The notes under the pieces: generated by a model
The model's input: only the letters and a program-made list of their open reading frames with translations
The model's database searches: none
What the model was told of the DNA's origin: nothing
In this document: piece by piece, positions 30,477-39,982 of the stretch
Layout of the letters: the number at the start of each line of letters is the position of its first letter
Position numbering within the stretch: position 1 is the first letter of the stretch
Virus record (IMG/VR): IMGVR_UViG_3300034110_001237
Span: 1-64,000 of that record
Length of the DNA: 64,000 nt
Strand: one strand, 5' to 3'
Source: a virus
Made by a program: the position numbers and the translations under genes

Positions 30477-30968
30477 ATGACAAAGTATTGGGTCAACACA
30501 AATCAACCCGTTATCACAAAGGCGTTCATGACATTCGCTCATAATAACTTTTCTAAGTATAAAGGTTTCGATGGGTATGAAACTTATGCAGAAATAGACG
30601 ATAAAAGTCGTTTAGCTTATGTTTATGAAGTCTCTAATCATTACCAGTCCTCTTGGACTGGCCGTAATGAAATGACTCATGAAAATATGTGTGACTATGA
30701 AGAACTTGACCGTGTTGTTCGTTTTTATGTCGGGCTTGTTGTTCCGAAATTGAAAAAAGAACATGTTGCAGTTGTTTCTAAACTTGTTATAACTGCTATG
30801 ACAACACAACATCATAAAAATAAGTGTGACTGGTATAACACCTATGGTTTTGATTCAAAAGCTATTGAATTTTCTCGTTTGATTGATATTGTTGTTGCTT
30901 ATTTGAAAGAACACTCAATGTATCGAGAAAAAACAGAATATGTTCAAAAATCAACACACACTGTTTAA
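30477..30968 (+). CDS. hypothetical protein
   Basis: GAGG RBS, ATG 30477; promoter upstream. Confidence 0.7.
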   Translation: MTKYWVNTNQPVITKAFMTFAHNNFSKYKGFDGYETYAEIDDKSRLAYVYEVSNHYQSSWTGRNEMTHENMCDYEELDRVVRFYVGLVVPKLKKEHVAVVSKLVITAMTTQHHKNKCDWYNTYGFDSKAIEFSRLIDIVVAYLKEHSMYREKTEYVQKSTHTV

Positions 30969-30990
30969 TCTTATTGTCAATTGTTGTATA

Positions 30991-31017
30991 AAAAGTCCTC
31001 TTCGGAGGATTTTTTTT
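30991..31017 (+). terminator. intrinsic terminator (cUUCGg loop)
   Basis: AAAAGTCCTC-TTCG-GAGGATTTTTTT. Confidence 0.85.
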
Positions 31018-31214
31018 ACTTAAGATTTACTAATTTCTTATTCTTTTTTTAGACTTTGATTAAAGAACATTTATTGTAATTACTCTAAAACTTTTATATA
31101 TCTTTATTGATAAAATGCTATAAAATGTAATTCTTTTATTGTTATATTGTTTGACAATATATAAATGGAGGCATAAAATAAAAGTACGGATAACTACTCC
31201 TATGGAGGCTCAAA

Positions 31215-31673
31215 ATGTCTAAGACCTTTAATCAATTACTTATTGAAGATGTTCTAGAAAGTGACAACAAAGAGTTCTTTAAACTGGTGGCTTGTCACAA
31301 CAAGACTCGATTTAGATGGCAAACTGGTGTTTTCTTCTTTATCTTTTTCGGGTACCTCATTCAACGTTCTGTTTTTGGAAATCCATTTCCATACCTTTGG
31401 ATAGCTCTCGCAGCTCTTGCAGTTTTCATTTTGTTTAACTTTGCAAAACAACACTTAACTTTTATCAAATTCTTTAATTTAAAGTATAGAATTAATCACC
31501 TTGAACATGTGTGTGATTGTGCTATTGCAGGGGATGATGAAGAAATCAAAGCGGATGCACGTTCTATCAAAGCTGACATTGAAAAAGGAATTGTTGATAG
31601 CAAGTATTTAGAAAAGTTGTTGTTAGATAGAAAACATTTGGAAGAATACATTGACCAAAAATATGGTGATTAA
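31215..31673 (+). CDS. two-TM membrane protein
   Basis: GGAGG RBS; two hydrophobic segments. Confidence 0.75.
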   Translation: MSKTFNQLLIEDVLESDNKEFFKLVACHNKTRFRWQTGVFFFIFFGYLIQRSVFGNPFPYLWIALAALAVFILFNFAKQHLTFIKFFNLKYRINHLEHVCDCAIAGDDEEIKADARSIKADIEKGIVDSKYLEKLLLDRKHLEEYIDQKYGD

Positions 31674-31768
31674 GCCTTATTATTAAAAGTAAACCTCTTA
31701 GCCAGACCTTGAAAGTTTGGCTTTTTAATGTTATAATTAGGCAATTATTCAATAAAGGAGCATTCATT

Positions 31769-31954
31769 ATGTCTTCAAGAGCCGAACGATTTGCTAATTG
31801 CAAACATGAAAAAGTTCAAGATTTTACAGATATTTGCCTTCAGTGTGGCGAAAGCATTTATGCTACGGTTGGCGAAATCAATCTGGAAGAGCACCGTAAA
31901 GATCGTGAAAAAAGAGAAAAGTCCAAATTCGATCCTGATGATACTGGTTGGTAA
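31769..31954 (+). CDS. small zinc-finger-like protein
   Basis: AAGGAG RBS; CKH...CLQCG. Confidence 0.65.
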   Translation: MSSRAERFANCKHEKVQDFTDICLQCGESIYATVGEINLEEHRKDREKREKSKFDPDDTGW

Positions 31955-32035
31955 TCGAATTACTCATAATCCAGAACAGCTTCTCTTTTGAGTTGCTTTG
32001 TGGTATAATAACCTATCAATTCAGGAGTTATCCCT

Positions 32036-32794
32036 ATGCCTAATTACACGTCTATTTCCAAACAAGAAGCCATCGCTAAATTTGGACACTATTTTGTACT
32101 GGAAAGCTCTAATAATCGTTGGGGGTATGATATTGTTGAAAAACTTGGTCAGAATCATTCTATTTTTGGTGATGATGATGACACAATGGATTTTGACGAG
32201 GCGTGTGGTTCATTAGCTGGAAAAGTACGGATTACATCTCATAAAACTATCGCTAACAATGACTGCAGACTGAATTCGCTGTCTCATAAGTGGGATCTTT
32301 TCTTGTATCGTAAAGGATGGCTCAATGCACAAACGAGTGAGAAAATTTACAATTTCCTTGTAAAAGATGAGATTGCTCGTAAAAATTTAGTGGATGAAAT
32401 TCCATTTCAAGAATTGCTTAAACCACTTCCTGAACAGTTTCATTTGCCGGAAACCTGTTTTGAGAAAGATAAAGTCTATTATCAGTTTAACCATGCTCAC
32501 AGTGTTTATCAAAAAAGCGAAGTAACAGAAATCATTCCAGATGAAATTGACGTGTCTGTTGATGACAATAATGTTATTTCCATGAGCGTTTCATTTACCA
32601 AAAAAGATGGTGAAAAAGTAAATGGTTCTGTTTCACGTCAAAACTTTAAAAAACATAATGAACAATCTTACTTTGAAACAGGCTACACTGGTATTTATGT
32701 GTTCACTGACAAAGATGAATGCAAGAAATTTGCAATCAGTCAACTCAATAAAGACATTGAGCATTTTCAAAAATCAATTGAAGCATTGTCTTAA
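32036..32794 (+). CDS. hypothetical protein
   Basis: AGGAG RBS; TGTGGTATAAT promoter. Confidence 0.75.
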   Translation: MPNYTSISKQEAIAKFGHYFVLESSNNRWGYDIVEKLGQNHSIFGDDDDTMDFDEACGSLAGKVRITSHKTIANNDCRLNSLSHKWDLFLYRKGWLNAQTSEKIYNFLVKDEIARKNLVDEIPFQELLKPLPEQFHLPETCFEKDKVYYQFNHAHSVYQKSEVTEIIPDEIDVSVDDNNVISMSVSFTKKDGEKVNGSVSRQNFKKHNEQSYFETGYTGIYVFTDKDECKKFAISQLNKDIEHFQKSIEALS

Positions 32795-32846
32795 TTATTT
32801 TTCTTTGTGTTAACAAAAAGCCTGATTGATTTCAGGCTTTATTGTT

Positions 32847-33725
32847 TTAGATTTTCAGCATGTCTAAACATTCAATGTCTCTACTGGTGAAATAATCACT
32901 ATCTCTAAAATTATCTTGCAATATATTGGGCTTCAATTCAAATAATACGTCTTTATTAATTAGTTCATTTTCGTAGTAACAGAACACTTCAAGTGCATTG
33001 CCTTTCATATCTTCTACAATAACAGCCGGAATGACCTTATTTTTGTCCGGGTTTATTGTTGTATAGACTTGAACACCTAGTTGGATGTAATGATGAATTT
33101 TAAGATAAGTCCCCTTATTTTCTTCAAAAACAAAATGTTGATGACCCGAAATAACATTATATTCTGATATTTCAAAGATACTTGCTGTTTTTTCATCATA
33201 GTAAGGAACTAACCTGTCATCTATTTTTCTTTTAATCGTTTTCTTAACTAGGCTCATTACCCCTTTACTTGATATAAATTCCATATCAAACACCATATCA
33301 TTTTTTAAATTCATTTGATCAAAATATTGTTGAATGATGGCGTCTTCTTGTATATCGAATGAAACAGAATTGTTTTTCAGTATAAGATCTTCAAATTTTT
33401 CTAAATTAAGTGTCCCTTTATATTCAGGAGCACATTTATTTTTATCATAGTTACTGAATTCAATGAGTTCTACTTTTCTTGTATTCGCCCTGTTGTTTTT
33501 TATATTTTGATAATAGAGTGTTTTCATTCCCATGTTAGGCATAAAACCCACCACCAAATTTTGCAGCATTTGAGGCGACCCATGAGCGAATGGGTTAATG
33601 GTATTAGACATTTTGCTATGTTTGTCATTGATTGCAATTAATCCATCATAAACATCATTACTTATTTCATAATCTGGATATATATTTACCTTGTGTTTTG
33701 GTTTTGTTGACATATTTTTCTCCAT
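32847..33725 (-). CDS. MxxI-tail family protein, paralog group B
   Basis: NPD...PAVIV.D.....LEVFCYY.N; ends ECLDMLKI. Confidence 0.8.
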   Translation of the reverse strand: MEKNMSTKPKHKVNIYPDYEISNDVYDGLIAINDKHSKMSNTINPFAHGSPQMLQNLVVGFMPNMGMKTLYYQNIKNNRANTRKVELIEFSNYDKNKCAPEYKGTLNLEKFEDLILKNNSVSFDIQEDAIIQQYFDQMNLKNDMVFDMEFISSKGVMSLVKKTIKRKIDDRLVPYYDEKTASIFEISEYNVISGHQHFVFEENKGTYLKIHHYIQLGVQVYTTINPDKNKVIPAVIVEDMKGNALEVFCYYENELINKDVLFELKPNILQDNFRDSDYFTSRDIECLDMLKI

Positions 33726-33727
33726 TT

Positions 33728-34576
33728 TTAAATCATTGCCATGTCAATAAACTCAAGATCACGTTTATCAAAATAGCCATTCACAAGAAAATCTTCTATT
33801 AATAAGTTTGGTTTTATTTCTTTTATCAAATCATTTGGAATATACTTATTTTTATAATAACAGTGAACTTCAAGTGGACGATTGTCAAGGTCAGACACTA
33901 CAATAGCAGGTACCAGTTTTTCAGTGTCTGGGTTTTTTATTATATCTACGAATAGACTCAGTTCATTGTAGTAATGACGTTCCATGTAACTCTGTTTTGT
34001 TTGGTGATTAAACACATTGTTACTATCGAGAGTATCTGAACTTTTTAGCTCAATTACACTGGGTTTTGACGTATCGTAGTAATAAACTAATTGGTCACCT
34101 ACGGTTTTAAAGAATTTTTTTCTGTTTGAAAAAAGCTTTTCGGAAACTTTTAAAAATTGGAGATGAATTATCATATCTTCATGAGCAGCGGAATTTTTCA
34201 ACAGAGCAAGAAGTGTGCCTTTATCTTCGCTTACGGTTATAAAATCATTGCTATACAAAAATTGTTTAAACTGATCAATGTTAACATCCATGATATATTC
34301 ACATTTCTTTTTATTCTTTGGATAGCTATTAAACCTAGGAAAAGAATCAATCCACGAATCAAATAGAGACATATTCATTGTTTGAAGAGGTGGCATATTT
34401 AAGATAGGTAATGAGAATGTCGATTTACTTCGAGGTTGCACCACATTTTGATTTAAGCTGGGTTTTGGATTATTCCAAAATTGTGAAGGTGCCGGTGCAT
34501 TTAATAAAAGATCGTCCACATCCCAATAAAACCCTTCATGTATTATGATTTCGTGTTTTGACATAATTTTCTCCAA
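33728..34576 (-). CDS. MxxI-tail family protein, paralog group B
   Basis: NPD...PAIVV.D.....LEVHCYY.N; ends EFIDMAMI. Confidence 0.8.
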   Translation of the reverse strand: MEKIMSKHEIIIHEGFYWDVDDLLLNAPAPSQFWNNPKPSLNQNVVQPRSKSTFSLPILNMPPLQTMNMSLFDSWIDSFPRFNSYPKNKKKCEYIMDVNIDQFKQFLYSNDFITVSEDKGTLLALLKNSAAHEDMIIHLQFLKVSEKLFSNRKKFFKTVGDQLVYYYDTSKPSVIELKSSDTLDSNNVFNHQTKQSYMERHYYNELSLFVDIIKNPDTEKLVPAIVVSDLDNRPLEVHCYYKNKYIPNDLIKEIKPNLLIEDFLVNGYFDKRDLEFIDMAMI

Positions 34577-34658
34577 AGACCTTATACCTTATCATATTTT
34601 TTACTAAAAATCCATGATTTTATTGTATTTTTTATTTATTAAATAACTAAAAAAAATG

Positions 34659-34687
34659 TTGCCATTTTCAAAAAACATTGATAAAAT
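34659..34687 (+). promoter_or_regulatory. sigma70-type promoter driving an ORF-less region
   Basis: TTGCCA-17 bp-TAAAAT. Confidence 0.6.
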
Positions 34688-34694
34688 ACAAACA

Positions 34695-34805
34695 CTTAAA
34701 CAAAAGCAGCAAATATAGGGTTGAAAACACCAAAGGTCATAAACGCTAGTCGCCACAAACCATCTTGTAGGCAAGCGATTCAGTAGAATACTTTATGACA
34801 TCTTA
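34695..34805 (+). ncRNA. candidate small structured RNA
   Basis: locally GC-richer and ORF-less, downstream of a promoter; GTCATAAA...TTTATGAC closing stem with inner AGTCGC/GCGATT pairing. Confidence 0.35.
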
Positions 34806-34860
34806 ACTATTTATTAACGTGATATTGGAGTATTTTGAGATGTAAATTTTAAAAATAATA

Positions 34861-34889
34861 TTGACAAAAAGACAAAATAGAGATAAAAT
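34861..34889 (+). promoter_or_regulatory. sigma70-type promoter
   Basis: TTGACA-17 bp-TAAAAT. Confidence 0.8.
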
Positions 34890-34934
34890 TAACCCGCAAC
34901 AAAATAAACTTTAACAGAATTGGAGATCTACAAC

Positions 34935-35054
34935 ATGGCACAAAGCGAAAAAGTAAAACGTGAAATTGAACTGGCTTACCGTAAACGTGAGTCTGAAATC
35001 GAAGCTCAAATCGAACGTGAGTGGACACGTCATGAGAAAAAAAATCGCAAGTAA
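34935..35054 (+). CDS. 39-aa charged helical microprotein (not in ORF track)
   Basis: GGAG RBS; MAQSEKVKREIELAYRKRESEIEAQIEREWTRHEKKNRK; own promoter and terminator. Confidence 0.75.
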   Translation: MAQSEKVKREIELAYRKRESEIEAQIEREWTRHEKKNRK

Positions 35055-35071
35055 GTCTTGATTGAGACATC

Positions 35072-35098
35072 AAAAAAAGCCCCTTCTGGGGCTTTTTC
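35072..35098. terminator. bidirectional intrinsic terminator
   Basis: AAAAAAAGCCCC-TTCT-GGGGCTTTTT. Confidence 0.8.
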
Positions 35099-35118
35099 TT
35101 TATTTCTATTTTTTTCTA

Positions 35119-35541
35119 TTACCCTTTGCTACTTAAGTCTGTTATCAACTCATAACGTCCTTCATTTAATGCTTTTTTGTATGTTTCTAAAATTTCTTTT
35201 TCTAATTCTTGTCTTTTCATTTTGCCTATTTTAAGAACGCTTAACAACTCTTTGACATGAATGGTGTAGAAGTCTTGTTTTTTTAGTCCATTTACCACAT
35301 AATTTTTAATTTCATTATCTCTTAACATTTTTATTTCTTTTTTCTTTTCTTCCACTATCTTCTTATATTTTCTCATAGCTATCTTACGACTTACAGCACT
35401 GCTAAATATTGCTAAAATAAACAGCACCACAAATAAAGCAATAGCTTCTGGCATCTTTTCTGGTGCTGCATGATAAACAGTGGTAAAAGCCATACAAACC
35501 ACCATTACAATCATCGTGATTGCCACTACTAAATGAAACAT
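35119..35541 (-). CDS. two-TM membrane protein
   Basis: AAGGAG RBS; two hydrophobic segments then basic coil. Confidence 0.7.
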   Translation of the reverse strand: MFHLVVAITMIVMVVCMAFTTVYHAAPEKMPEAIALFVVLFILAIFSSAVSRKIAMRKYKKIVEEKKKEIKMLRDNEIKNYVVNGLKKQDFYTIHVKELLSVLKIGKMKRQELEKEILETYKKALNEGRYELITDLSSKG

Positions 35542-35713
35542 ATAAATCTCCTTTAAAATTGTCTATTTAAAAGACTATCACTCAAAATTTATATTTCAAA
35601 TTTTATTTATTATATTATAGTAATTTTTATACAATCATCATTTAAAAACCATTTAATATATTCAACTATTTTAAAATTATGATATACTGTTAAAAACAAT
35701 AACAGATTTTATA

Positions 35714-37189
35714 ATGAATCGCTTTCATAAACTTCAAAATATAAAAGAAACGTTCGATGATAAACTATACCAGACAGATGACTTTAAAATCACAAAGGGG
35801 TTACTGTATAATTTTGGAGCTTACATTGAAGCAAATAAAGGTATTTTGTATGATTTGTTAGGTGCTTCTCTATTCAATATGGCTACTAATTCCATGCCGG
35901 TAAATAACGCTGTTACAACACCCGCTTTTAATAATCCTGTTGTCATTTCACAAATGAAAAACAAGCTTGACTCTAATTTGATTAATAGCCGTGGCATGGA
36001 TGTTTATTCTAAGATAGAAGAATTCAAAAAAAATTCACAATTAGGCAATACCATTCAAAATCATCGCTATGCTGGTCAAGTAATACACAAGTTAAATGCT
36101 GATTCAATTAAAGATTTGAAAAATGGAGCAGAAGGTTCTGTTAAAATTTTCGAGAACCCTTTCTGGAAAGGTAACGTGGTTGAGATAGAATCATCTAATT
36201 ATTACATGAATAAATTTGTATTTTCCAATTACTATCTGATTAATGACATCAAAGTTAATACTGACAACTCACTCTTGTTAACCGATAATAGTGAGCAAAA
36301 ATTATATTACAACCATCAAGATGTTAATGAATTTGCACGTTACAGTGACACAAAAAACATAGAATTGATGACTAAATATATCGTTTATCATGAAGCAGCA
36401 CATGGAGCTTTTAGACAAGCCTATACATTAGGACGTGATTCTAATGTGTTAAAAAATGAAGTTCATTCTGATATATCTTCATTGACCATGATAGGTGTTG
36501 AATCTAAAAGTTTAGCCGAATTCAATGAAGCCGTTGATATGATCATGCAAATGCGAGTTAAATCTTTGAAAGACGGTGATTATGGTCACAACGACTCTTA
36601 TGCCATCAGCGAACTGAAGAAAGTTATTAATGACAATCCTGATTTGTTAAAAATGAAAGTAGAAGACATTTCAGAGTTTTCTTATATTTTAACAGATACA
36701 TTGTTTAAAGAAAACGTTAAAAAAAATAATGCTGACTTACTTGAAAAAATGGGTATAAATCTTGATCAAAAAAGTATTTTCAATGATTTAAAAGCGTACA
36801 GAAATTTAGATCTGTATGATTCTGTTGGTGTTAAAATCACAAGTCAGTATATGTTTAAAACGTCAGAAATGATCAAAGAAGGAATGGACTCTAGAATAGA
36901 TAAATTTGCCGAAAGAATTGCAAAAACTCTTGACAATCAAATGCAATTTGATACAACAAGCACCTTAATGTTCAGAGAAAATGGTGGTAATGTGGCTAAA
37001 ACTACTCAGGCTATCCATGATAGGGTTGAAAAGAATCCAATCATCTCTAAAAGCGTTATTGATCCTATTAAACAAAAAGTTCATATAGATGGTTTAGAAT
37101 ATGACTTATCAAAGGTCAATGACATTCGATTGAATCAGATTGCAAAAGAGTCTCAAGCGTATGTCAATAAACACAACTACAAAATTTAA
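35714..37189 (+). CDS. putative zincin-like metallopeptidase
   Basis: YIVYHEAAHG with downstream NEVHSD third-ligand-like motif; ends VNKHNYKI. Confidence 0.6.
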   Translation: MNRFHKLQNIKETFDDKLYQTDDFKITKGLLYNFGAYIEANKGILYDLLGASLFNMATNSMPVNNAVTTPAFNNPVVISQMKNKLDSNLINSRGMDVYSKIEEFKKNSQLGNTIQNHRYAGQVIHKLNADSIKDLKNGAEGSVKIFENPFWKGNVVEIESSNYYMNKFVFSNYYLINDIKVNTDNSLLLTDNSEQKLYYNHQDVNEFARYSDTKNIELMTKYIVYHEAAHGAFRQAYTLGRDSNVLKNEVHSDISSLTMIGVESKSLAEFNEAVDMIMQMRVKSLKDGDYGHNDSYAISELKKVINDNPDLLKMKVEDISEFSYILTDTLFKENVKKNNADLLEKMGINLDQKSIFNDLKAYRNLDLYDSVGVKITSQYMFKTSEMIKEGMDSRIDKFAERIAKTLDNQMQFDTTSTLMFRENGGNVAKTTQAIHDRVEKNPIISKSVIDPIKQKVHIDGLEYDLSKVNDIRLNQIAKESQAYVNKHNYKI

Positions 37190-37190
37190 T

Positions 37191-37210
37191 AAGACACTTC
37201 GGTGTTTTTT
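37191..37210 (+). terminator. intrinsic terminator (cUUCGg loop)
   Basis: AAGACAC-TTCG-GTGTTTTTT. Confidence 0.7.
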
Positions 37211-37289
37211 CTCGTAATCGAATTATTCTTCTTGTTTGAATACTCTATCAATGCTATAATTTAGTCTCTTAAACAGTGGAGTTAGTGAC

Positions 37290-37520
37290 ATGACAATTAA
37301 ATTGAAAGACGAAGTAGTTATGAAAGCGGCTGTCATTAAACGCACCAACCATTCAGCATTCGCTAAAAACTTTAAAGGTATTGTTGTTAATATTGTTGGA
37401 AAGACTGCTGATGTTCAAACCAGTGCAGGTGTTCGTTCTATTCCCACTGCAAACCTTACAGCCATTCGCAGTGTGTATGACGCCAGAACTGAACAGACAG
37501 CTTGCATTATTATTGATTAA
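37290..37520 (+). CDS. small SH3/KOW-like protein
   Basis: GGAG RBS; KGIVVNIVG..ADV...G...IP..NL pattern. Confidence 0.6.
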   Translation: MTIKLKDEVVMKAAVIKRTNHSAFAKNFKGIVVNIVGKTADVQTSAGVRSIPTANLTAIRSVYDARTEQTACIIID

Positions 37521-38083
37521 TGTTCTTGAATATACAACATAGGCTTGCCAGACCATACATCTTTGTTTGATAGCATACGAACAATCATATAGGCTTCTGG
37601 TTGGTCGTAGTTTTCAAATTTTCTGGTCGTGTATTCCGTTTTTGTTTTGCCATCTAGATTGAATTCGAACGATGCCAACTTGAACCCTTTCTTAACAGCA
37701 AGCCTTTCAATAGCTTTTGATATTTCAATCTTAGTGAAAGTTTTTGAATCTAGATTGTAGTTATTGTCATCTGCTGGTTTTTCTACAAGACATGTCATTA
37801 ACTTAGGTTTTTGATTAATAACTCTTGAAATACATATGGTTTCATAGTTGTCAGTGCTTTGTCTATCCCGCATACTAAATGATGACCCAGAAACGCTGGT
37901 CATAAATCCAATACTTTCCGATTTTTTATTGGCCGGTATTATAATCATTTCAGCACCACTGTCCAATGTCGTTATTTTGTATTCAGGATTAGAAGATTTT
38001 TCAACAGCTTTTTCTTGTTGATGAGAACACGCTGACGTTAGCAATATTAAAAACATCACCCCAAGCATTTTTTTTATGTTCAT
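37517..38083 (-). CDS. lipoprotein
   Basis: lipobox LTSA-C after hydrophobic core. Confidence 0.75.
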   Translation of the reverse strand: MNIKKMLGVMFLILLTSACSHQQEKAVEKSSNPEYKITTLDSGAEMIIIPANKKSESIGFMTSVSGSSFSMRDRQSTDNYETICISRVINQKPKLMTCLVEKPADDNNYNLDSKTFTKIEISKAIERLAVKKGFKLASFEFNLDGKTKTEYTTRKFENYDQPEAYMIVRMLSNKDVWSGKPMLYIQEH

Positions 38084-38216
38084 TAATTTAACCCTCTTAT
38101 ACTATATTTTGCCATATATCCTATCACTTATTACTGTTAAGTCAATGAAAATCTATTGATGTGGCATAGAAAATATGCTATAATTTTCAATCGAAACTTT
38201 AATTTGAGTATTGTGA

Positions 38217-38714
38217 ATGACAATGGATATAATGAACGGAAAAAATACAAAATTTAATCGCTTGCTGTTTGGTGAATGCAATGTATTGATATTGAGTAAC
38301 AAACACATGCAAGTTCATAAGGATGTGTATCCATTGCTTCATGAAGCATTTACCATGTTCACGCCAACAAAAGAAATCATTCAAAAAACAGTGATTAAAT
38401 TTGATAGAATTATAGGCTCCACTATTTGTGTTGAAACAACTCCAGAAGATGAAATCGTGTATGCAAAGAGGAAGGGACGTAAATGGGCGTCTAGAATGGT
38501 CAAAAATAGAACTCCTATGCCATCAGATAAACTAACCATTGTTGTGAAACGATGCAAAAATAACATTTATCGCTTGCTGACAGCTTATGTTGGTGGTCAA
38601 TCTGAAAGAGAACCCGATGATATTAATATTCGTTCTGATGAAGAATATGATCGTTGTGTTTATTTCTGGTCAAATCATGCTTTGGTGTACATCGAACAAG
38701 ACATTGCTCATTAA
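38217..38714 (+). CDS. conserved hypothetical protein
   Basis: IG..ICVET, YAKR.GR, LLTAYVG...EREP, FWSNHALV. Confidence 0.7.
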   Translation: MTMDIMNGKNTKFNRLLFGECNVLILSNKHMQVHKDVYPLLHEAFTMFTPTKEIIQKTVIKFDRIIGSTICVETTPEDEIVYAKRKGRKWASRMVKNRTPMPSDKLTIVVKRCKNNIYRLLTAYVGGQSEREPDDINIRSDEEYDRCVYFWSNHALVYIEQDIAH

Positions 38715-38757
38715 ATTTTTTTTCAATAATGGAAAAATATTTTAATATCCTTTTTTC

Positions 38758-38945
38758 TGTTACTTTGTGTTACGGCACGATTTTATCTTGCTAATGTGTT
38801 ACCTTGCCATAAAAAACACCAAAATAGTGTTACATGTCTGAATTGTGTAACTATATGACACATTACAGTAGTTGATTTCCCTAAAATACTTGATATAATA
38901 GGGTTACAAATTAAACATTTTCCATTCTTACACAAAAAATGTAAC
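38758..38945. repeat. cluster of GTTAC/GTAAC motifs (putative operator array)
   Basis: GTGTTAC at 38767, 38796, 38827; GTTACA-N11-TGTAAC inverted repeat; further copies near 38758, 38903, 38940. Confidence 0.5.
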
Positions 38946-39026
38946 TATTTAATATAATTTATTGAGCTGTTGGTATAACCATAGCTCTGCTTGATTAACT
39001 AAACTAAAAAATAAAGGTGATATAAA

Positions 39027-39278
39027 ATGTTCTTAAATACTATCAGTATAACTAAACAACTTTTGAAGACTGGCCGTCTTGAAATGAACTACAATGAAAA
39101 AAATTTCCGCAAGAAATATGAGCTTGGCTTCTGGGAAGTTTATCAAGATGTTCATACTGTCTCAAAAAACATTGTCAGTGGGCCATACAGAGTATTCCGT
39201 CCTATCTACAAAACTGGTAATCTTGATAAGTTGAATTCAAAACTGGCTAAATTGACTGCACAGTCATCACTCTATTAA
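39027..39278 (+). CDS. small hypothetical protein
   Basis: AAGGTG RBS; long leader from upstream promoter. Confidence 0.65.
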   Translation: MFLNTISITKQLLKTGRLEMNYNEKNFRKKYELGFWEVYQDVHTVSKNIVSGPYRVFRPIYKTGNLDKLNSKLAKLTAQSSLY

Positions 39279-39341
39279 TTATCAGTTGAAATAGTAGTTG
39301 TATTTCATAATTTAAAAGCACCTTCTTTTAGGTGTTTTTTG

Positions 39342-39370
39342 TTGACTAAATATTGTTAAAATGATATAAT
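39342..39370 (+). promoter_or_regulatory. sigma70-type promoter
   Basis: TTGACT-17 bp-TATAAT with TG extension. Confidence 0.8.
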
Positions 39371-39400
39371 TAAAATCCAATAATTATTAAGGGTCTAACA

Positions 39401-39607
39401 ATGTTAATCAAAGAAACTTACAAAGTGCTTGGAAATAATTGGTGGAAAGTTCCTAACGGTGAATTCGTTGTAACTACAGATACGCTTGTTGTCACCGATG
39501 TCACAGAAGAAAAAGCTATATTTAATGTTTTTCGTGATGGTGTTGTTATTGGTGAAATTCGTGTTCAACATGCTTTTGTAAATGAAGATTTTGAAAAAAT
39601 TAACTGA
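39401..39607 (+). CDS. small hypothetical protein
   Basis: downstream of strong promoter. Confidence 0.65.
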   Translation: MLIKETYKVLGNNWWKVPNGEFVVTTDTLVVTDVTEEKAIFNVFRDGVVIGEIRVQHAFVNEDFEKIN

Positions 39608-39697
39608 ATGTGCTTATTATGATGTTAGTATCTACATTGATCACTAAAAACAGCATTTACACTAATTTTAATATATAATCAACTAAATGGAGAAAAT

Positions 39698-39982
39698 ATG
39701 GACTTTATAAGCAGATCTAAAGGTTTTATTCGTTTTGCTTTTTGGGGATTTTTTTCAATGTGTTTCCTTTTTATTCAAAACTTCTTTTATCACATTTACT
39801 ACAAGGGTAAATACAAACTGCAAGAAAGCAAAATTCAGTTATTTATTTTTATTGTGTTTACGGTGGTGACATTGAATCTAGCTTGTTTGATTCATTTTTG
39901 GCGACAAGCTAAAGAAATGCTACCAAAAATCTATCGTATCAGTCAGTATCCAGCGGATAACTCAGTCGAGATTAAATTATGA
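39698..39982 (+). CDS. small membrane protein
   Basis: GGAG RBS; two hydrophobic segments. Confidence 0.65.
   Translation: MDFISRSKGFIRFAFWGFFSMCFLFIQNFFYHIYYKGKYKLQESKIQLFIFIVFTVVTLNLACLIHFWRQAKEMLPKIYRISQYPADNSVEIKL

Noticed and set aside
34700-34800. c-di-GMP-I or other known riboswitch
   Set aside because: GCAAA is present, but the GNRA-capped P2 and receptor motifs could not be matched.
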